NCBI GenBank assembly: GCA_030141605.1
Contig: JAQGDQ010001946.1
Coordinates: forward strand, 1-19,776
DNA from: Tubiluchus corallicola
Lineage: Eukaryota; Animalia; Priapulida
Reading direction: 5' to 3'
Length of the DNA: 19,776 nucleotides
Below, in pieces: positions 13,421 to 19,776 of this stretch. The translations under genes were made by a program, and so were the position numbers. The notes beneath the pieces were generated by a model, which saw only the letters and a list, made by a program, of their open reading frames with translations, did not search any database and was not told the origin of the DNA. Every line of letters starts with the position of its first letter. Position 1 is the stretch's first letter.

Positions 13421-14021
13421 CAGTGGCAGCTCGTACCTAAAATTAGTGGGGTGTTGCTTCAGAACTGTTTGTGTTAATACTGTGTAAAGTTAATATACTT
13501 TGTAATTTTAGACAAACAAACATTCTTAAATTTATACGTAAACTTGATAAATTCCTAAAATAATTTTTGCATACAAATAGCCTAAATTGAAGCCCAGTTC
13601 AAGAATGTGGCCGTAGACGATTTTAAGCACGTGGCAACTGACAACACACTGTGTGAGCGACAGTACTTTCTCTACCTAGCAGTAGACGCTAGCAGTGCAG
13701 CGTACAGCGTGTTACGTCAGACATGTGCCACAAATTCCAAAGTGCAGAACAAACATTCTGTCATGTATCATGGTGCTGTACTTTGTGAGCGACAGTACTT
13801 TGTCTACCTGAGCCCAGACATGCGCACAACAGCCAAACACTGCATTGCTGGAGCGCATTGTGCTGGACTGTGAAGCAAACAGCACTACCCTCACCTGCTT
13901 TGGTTCTGTACAAGTATAAAGAAAGAACTAAAGAAAAACGACTTATTATATTGAATATTATTGATAATGTTGTCGAAAATAGGGGGTGCTGCAGTTCCAC
14001 AATACCCACGAGACGTCACTG
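13421..14021. mobile_element. hAT-like non-autonomous element (601 bp) with 8-bp TSD
   Basis: TIRs CAGTGGCAGCTCGT and (reverse complement) CAGTGACGTCTCGT match 11/14. Flanks CAGTTGAG (13413-13420) and CAGGTGAG (14022-14029) match 7/8. Internal direct repeat TGTGAGCGACAGTACTTT-TCTACCT at 13652 and 13784. Confidence 0.8.
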
Positions 14022-15479
14022 CAGGTGAGTGACTCGACCTTGAGGATTAACCTTGTTTAACGAGGTACCTGTCCCTGCATAGTTAACAGCTGCACCGTAA
14101 GAAGGCGTTGTTGTTTATTGGTGGATAACGACTTTTGCATCATAAAGAAATGACATCTCTTTTCACAGTGGTTTCTATTTCTTCTTTTGCAAAAAATGTG
14201 ACGTCATGAAGTTACTTGAGAAAAGAAGCAACTTGATGAAGCCAATAACGACTCAATGGACTTTGCTCACAGCTCTCCCTCAAAAGGGCTTCATTTGCTG
14301 TTGCGTGGGCGTATGCTAGAACTACGCTTTAGTCCGCGGTCCTCAGACAGCCGACATTTCTACTTGGATCAAGACGTTTTAAAGATTTCTGCTGTCTCTT
14401 TCAGATGTTAGCGAGGAAACAGTAGCTAAGATTGAGGTCAAAATATCGTACAGCCTGTTAATCAAACGGTGCGTTCAGACTGACGAGTTTTCTGTCTCTA
14501 GTTTTCTCTCTGTCAGGCAAACTCGCAAGTGTAAACTGCTTTACGAGTTGCTGTCAGCTAGAAATTGCAAACGAAATTGCAAAATCGCAAGAAATTGCAG
14601 AGAGTAGTTGACTTACTGTATAGTGTGCATGTGTACATGTTGACTTTGCCATTGTGCATGTTGACTTTGTGCATGTGTGCATGTAGACTTTGCAATTGAC
14701 TGACTTTTAGCTCCAGCTGCAAGCAAAGTGACATGAAAAAATCTACAATCAAGCAAACGGTTTTATTAGTTTATAATTATAACAGTGAGTGTTGAAGTTG
14801 GAATTGTACATTTTTAATTTGGTGCTGCCATCTATGAACTAATCCTGTTACATCTTACCAGCTAAACTTACCCCCAGTATAATTGTACGGTCCAGTGAAT
14901 GCATATTCACTGGTTCTCTCCCTATTTTAAAGCAATGGTTTATGTGAAGCCTTTGCAAGTCTGCATAGGTCACCTATACCTATATATACTGACTGGTTTT
15001 ACTTTCTAGTCACTCTCTCACTCTCAGTGTTCAGTGCAAGACACTCTCATTCTCAGTGTTCAGTGCAGCAGTCGTGCTACTCATGTGTCTTTAGTTTAGT
15101 AAACACTTTTCTGTTTATGCAGTGCAACTATGTATTATAGATTTTTATTCTTGTTCATACTTCTGTGCCTAAACTCAATCATTACAAAGTGAGTGATCTA
15201 CAACTTTAAACATGACTTTCACAGTGATATTTTAAATGAATGGACACGCCGCTTGAAATGTTGGGTTTATTTTACTGTTTCCACATAAACTTAGAAATAT
15301 ATAGCAAAGAAACTCTTCTATAAATTTAGAAAAAATTTCTATCAACATAAAATTAATTTATACTACCACTGTATAGAAATTGTCAGGCTCGGTGGTAGCT
15401 GCCATTCGGTTGCAAATTATGACGTAACTGGTGGAATTCGTGGCTTTTTTAAGTTCATCGTGGCTTACCTAAAGCGCGC

Positions 15480-15750
15480 CCTACTTAAATTATTCAAACT
15501 TCTGCAGTTTACCTAACGCTCGTGTAAAACCTCTACATTTGCGTAATACTAATACGGAAATTGACAGTGCGCTGGTTTTCTTTAGTCAACGAATGACGTC
15601 ATTGGTGGAAGAATGAGCTTTCAAATTGGGAGCACCAAAGTGTGAAATGGTCGCTACTTTAAAGCGATTTTACTAATTACACGAAACCTTATCACATTTT
15701 CATTAGTAAATTCTTTTAACTTTTTTTGCGAACTTTGAAATTATAAATAT
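15480..15750 (+). repeat. Dispersed repeat, copy B (unclassified; related to ~255-340 and ~18880-19197)
   Basis: Shares with copy C the blocks CTTAAA..ATTCAAACT.CTGCA.TTACCTAA, TGACGTCATTGGTGGAAGAATG..C…AAA.TGGGAGC and GATTT.ACTAATTACAC. Shares ACGGAAA..ACAGTGC…TTTTCTTTAGT with 256-290. Confidence 0.8.
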
Positions 15751-15832
15751 ATATAAATGTCTTTATTTGCCATCTTAAATATTCATACACTAATATTTTC
15801 TAACCGTCATTTTGTACTAATATCCACCAATC

Positions 15833-16116
15833 TGTAATCTTGTAGTAAAACTTGTCAGCTTGTGCAGGTGTTGTCAATTCTTACTGTAAATGTTACTAGC
15901 ATCTAATGTAATCTTGTAATAAAACTTGTCAGCTTGTGCAGGTATGGTCAATTCTTACTGTAAGTGTTACTAGCATCTAATGTAATCTTGTAGTAAAACT
16001 TGTCAGCTTGTGCAGGTATAATCAATTCTTACTGTAAATGTTACTAGTATCTAATGCAATCTTGTAGTAAAACTTGTCAGCTTATGTAGGTATAGTTAAT
16101 TCTTACTGTAAATGTT
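15833..16116. repeat. 74-bp minisatellite, ~3.8 copies
   Basis: TGTAATCTTGTAGTAAAACTTGTCAGCTTGTGCAGGT... units start at 15833, 15907, 15981 and 16055. Confidence 0.95.
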
Positions 16117-16619
16117 TTTTGTAAATAGTGTGTATAGACTGTTGTGGTGAGGATCCTAAATCATGTCTTTCAAACTGTCAAGTAAGAAATGATATAAGCT
16201 ACAGCAAAATACTCTTATCCAAAAAACTGAAACACTTTTGCAGATATGATCTCTTAATAGTTATAAAATAATACATATAATACAGATAATATAACACGTA
16301 TGTTCACATAGGCACAAAACCATTTGACGGTACAATTAAACATTCGAACAATAATTTGTGTTTATATGTAAAGCAATACGCCATATATTGCGTATATACA
16401 TATATAGCTTCTAATAACACCACAGATAAAGAAATACAGATATTTAACAACCTAGGTATTACAAAGGTATGTTCAAATACTAAGTATGTTCAAATACTAA
16501 CAATAATACTCTTATATTTTAATCAACAACTGAATATACATAACTTTGCTAAGCCTAACGTCCCAAAAGGGTTAGCTTTCCTTTAATTTTGTATAGCTGT
16601 AACAATCATTATTTGATAG

Positions 16620-17175
16620 AAAAAGAAGAAACTCTTAAGACGTCGTGTTTCATAAATCGTGTTTCAGTCAAAATGTCTTGGTAAATTTTCAGCTGTTCTG
16701 AAATCTGTAATTTTTGATCAACTCCTTTGAGAATATGTAAGATTATAAGCTTGGTTCACAAGAGAGCTGTTCTTTTCAAAGAAATTCAACCTGTGTTACT
16801 AGAATTTTCCAAGTTTGTCAGTCATAGGCTTTGTAGTCTTATATAATAGGGTTACAAGTCATAGTAACAGCGTTGCAAAGTTTACTCTTGATTTTTGAGA
16901 CGTAGTCCATATTTAATCTGTTTTGGTGCAAAGGTTTCTGTTATTGTCACAGTTATTGTTCAGAGCATCAACTGTGTAGGAGAAACGTAACTTAATCTTT
17001 CTGTAATTTGTCTTGTATCACACGATGTGTAAGTTTACAATTTAGTATTTGTTTTGTTTGCTTCTAAGAATGTTGATTTTTCTATTTTTTGCATTGTATT
17101 TTTATTTAGGTGTATTGTTGTGTGAACATGACCTTAACTGGTCGAAACGTTGCAGACTTTTATGTTTGAATAAAC
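16620..17175 (+). mobile_element. Penelope-like element remnant (GIY-YIG C-terminus plus pLTR end)
   Basis: 16741-16798 reads DYKLGSQE/AVLFKEIQPVL with a 1-nt shift, resembling the E-A-L-x-I-K-x-x-x-P-x-L-N end of Penelope GIY-YIG. A T-rich UTR, GGTCGAAACGTT and AATAAA (17169) follow. The left boundary is approximate. Confidence 0.55.
17122..17155 (+). ncRNA. Degenerate minimal hammerhead ribozyme motif (Penelope type), probably inactive
   Basis: gTGAAcA-T-GACC-ttaact-GGTC-GAAACGTT: stem II GACC/GGTC, intact GAAAC and palindromic AACGTT, but the CUGANGA box has two substitutions. Confidence 0.4.
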
Positions 17176-17189
17176 ATGCATCTGCTTAA

Positions 17190-17642
17190 CCCTTCCATAC
17201 CCGTTGTATCCCGTGGGATAGGAGAATATTCTCTGCCTTTAAAATTAATAAAATTTTAAAACTGACAGTTATTTGATCTGTTAATAGTTATTTTGATTTA
17301 AGCCAATAACAATAGACTAAAAATAGTGATAAAATGGCAAACTGAAAAATCTACAAAGCACAAAAAACTGTGTAAGGTACAGTACTTTAGAGACGACTTT
17401 GTACAGATCAGCATAGCATGCATACTAAATGTCTTAAATACTTTAAAAAATTATCAGCATTTGCTTTTTATCATGTTTAACAACCATAGAATTCCAATGT
17501 ATCCCGTGGGATACAGGCTATATTTAGCACACGGGCACAGGTAGAAAATAGTAATTATTATGTGTAAACAAGATGGACATACTGAACAAAAGTACCAAGC
17601 CAAAATTTTTTTCTTATTAAAAAATAATTTGGGACTGAAGGG
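17190..17642. mobile_element. piggyBac-like MITE (453 bp) flanked by TTAA
   Basis: TTAA (17186-17189)|CCCTTCcataCCC ... GGGactGAAGGG|TTAA (17643-17646). The internal near-palindrome TGTATCCCGTGGGATA occurs at 17205 and 17498. Confidence 0.85.
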
Positions 17643-17907
17643 TTAAGTGGGTGCTGACTCTTATAACCATTTTAATCTGCTTAGACTTTTCTTTTAGTTA
17701 ATTAGCAGATTACAGCGTAACTGCAGCTGTTTCTCAGATTAAGATCGTCTCAAAGGAAAAACAAATGCGATTTTATATAATGAGTATCACTTGAAAATAA
17801 TCTATAATCAGTATTAATGAGCAGCTTGTGGTGCATAGGCAGATGTGACCACTCGTCTATGATATTAATCTAACTTGTAACTCGGACACTAAGAACCATG
17901 ATGAGAA

Positions 17908-18654
17908 GCGACCAATGACTGCTTTGCAGAGACTGCTAGATATTTTTAATAAATTTGCTAAAGAATATGATATCCTTGTCAATGTGAATAAGACTAAACT
18001 TGTCACGTTTCGCTCCGCCCACATGCAGCAGTTTACTTTTGGGTCTGTTATTTTGCAGTGTAAAAGTTTTGTACCTAGTAAAAAGGAAAAATATCTGGGT
18101 CATATTTTATCAGATGACAATAGAGATGATTTAGATATATTACGACAATGTTCAATTTACTATGGTAGAGCAAATAAATTACTCATGAAATTTACTCACT
18201 GTTCAGTTAACGTGAAGAGACAATTGTTTAATGCTTACTGCACTACTTTTTATTGTATGTCCACTTGGAGACATTTTTATTCTTACAATCTTAGCAAACT
18301 CAAGGTTGCATATAATGTATCAACACGGAAACTGTTTAACTTTTCATATGATACGAGCGCCAGATATTTCTACTAGACTTAATATTATTTATTTTGATGT
18401 TATTCACAGAAAATGTGCATACAGTTTATATGTCAGGCTGAATAAGAGTGAAAATTTTATATGCAAGAACATTTTAAACAGTGATGTAAACTTTTCTTCT
18501 GTAATTAGACGTCATTGGCGTAGTTTGTTATATCGTTAATTGGTATTTGTGTTATTGTTGTGTGTCATGATTTATTGTATTATTTGTATTAATTTGTGAT
18601 GTGTATATGAACTTTGCAAAGTTTGAAATAAAATATTAAATCTAAATCTAAATC
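17908..18654 (+). mobile_element. 5'-truncated LINE: RT C-terminal region, frameshifted (RTE-X-like, clade tentative)
   Basis: ORF 17915-18376 has post-YADD RT motifs (ALQRLLD, NVNKTK, KYLGHIL, DDLDILRQ, CSVNVKRQLFNAYC). It continues after a frameshift to the stop at 18539, then a short 3' UTR, AATAAA at 18627 and an (AAATCT)n tail. Confidence 0.9.
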
Positions 18655-18879
18655 ATTAAGAGATGTCCAGGCTTAATGGTCATGTGCACATGCTTCGCGT
18701 TATCATAGCATGACTGGTTAGATTCATTTCTCGCTTTGTGCAGTTTCACTTTCCATACTGATTTCGGCTGGAAGAAGTTTGTATAATGTGGCTGAGACAC
18801 ATCTGCTGGTTCAGTAGCTCATCTCAGAGGTTTAGGCTGAGAATAAGCCAAGCTCGACTTTTATTCACACACATATAGT

Positions 18880-19197
18880 GCTTAAACTAATTCAAACTAC
18901 TGCAAGTTACCTAATGTTCATGCAAAAATATTACTAAATTAGATCTAAATTTTTATAAAAACTTGTTTATATTATAATACTTTTAGTGAATATTTTTAGT
19001 AATAAAAATACTTTTAGTGAATATTGTCCGTGAGTTACTTTTATTCAAGACGTATGACGTCATTGGTGGAAGAATGGGCATTGAAAATGGGAGCGCCCAA
19101 GCATGAAGCGATAGCGACCTTAACGTGATTTCACTAATTACACTAGGCTCTTTTTGCAGTCATAAATCCTTCAAAATTTCTCTGAAACGTTGAAATA
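18880..19197 (+). repeat. Dispersed repeat, copy C
   Basis: Colinear with 15480-15750 and contains TGACGTCATTGGTGGAAGAATG at 19055. Internal duplication ATACTTTTAGTGAATATT at ~18977 and ~19008. Confidence 0.8.
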
Positions 19198-19284
19198 AGG
19201 CTAACCTCACAGGAGCTATGAATTTTCCTTTAAATGACATGTCAGATCTTGCACACGACTAGAACACTTCGAATCATGTTGCGA

Positions 19285-19528
19285 TATACATTTTACGCGT
19301 ACATATACATATACGTATATACATGTATGTATGAATGTATATAGATGTATCTATACGTATATATCCATATCCATATCCATATCCATATACATATACATAT
19401 ACATATACATATGCATATGCATATGCATATGCATATGCATATGCATATGCATATGCATACGCATACGCATACGCATACGCATACGCATACGCATACGCAT
19501 ACGCATACGCATACGCATACGCATACGC

Positions 19529-19565
<37 letters not shown>

Positions 19566-19581
19566 TACATATACATATACG
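19285..19581. repeat. Compound hexanucleotide microsatellite
   Basis: (ATATCC)4 19361-19384, (ATATAC)4 19385-19408, (ATATGC)8 19409-19456, (ATACGC)12 19457-19528, (ATACAC)6 19529-19564, preceded by degenerate AT/AC/GT sequence. Confidence 0.97.
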
Positions 19582-19776
19582 TTATAGGAAAAACTGTTCT
19601 CTTTTCATGTTTCAACATTAAACGAAGTCTTTTGACAACTTATAAAATCGCAGTTTCATAAACCTGTGCACTCGCATTTATTTGAAAATGTTTGCAGAGG
19701 CATTTCCACCATCCGTAATGGTCAACTTTAATCTAAATGGAGCATTCAGACCAGAGAATTTTCTATCGTGAATTTT

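Noticed and set aside
14404-14445. Possible plus-strand micro-exon after ctgtctctttcAG
   Set aside because: No consensus donor and no partner exons.
14468-14540. Short imperfect inverted repeat beginning GGTGCGTTCAGAC (similar start at 19739), Harbinger-like
   Set aside because: The arms match only ~14/20 and no TSD is seen.
16467-16500. Perfect 17-bp tandem duplication GTATGTTCAAATACTAA
   Set aside because: An ordinary slippage duplication with no associated element.
17897-18665. Possible TSD of the RTE-X-like LINE (CATGATGAGAAG vs CATTAAGAGATG)
   Set aside because: A 9/12 match in AT-rich DNA is not convincing.

Overview
AT-rich eukaryotic (animal-like, probably invertebrate) genomic DNA that is mostly repeats. 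The long ORFs in the track (poly-ER, -CV, -Q, -A, -D and similar) are translation artefacts of microsatellites. The only plausible host gene is on the minus strand at the left end: a signal-peptide exon (2295-2223, ending G|GTAAGT) that can splice in frame to a candidate exon starting at 43 and running off the window. The rest comprises decayed non-LTR retrotransposon 3' ends (four), a Penelope-like remnant with a degenerate hammerhead motif, non-autonomous DNA transposons (hAT-like with 8-bp TSDs, piggyBac-like and Kolobok/T2-like with TTAA), three 5S-rRNA-like fragments, minisatellites (20, 43, ~66 and 74 bp units) and very long micro-satellites. I cannot demonstrate a new biological system. 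The best leads are the secreted-protein gene start, a CRE/CCAAT-bearing monomer of a dispersed repeat that has been amplified into an intronic minisatellite, and a nested transposon stack at 7.2-9.0 kb. All family assignments come from motif recognition by eye, without database searches.
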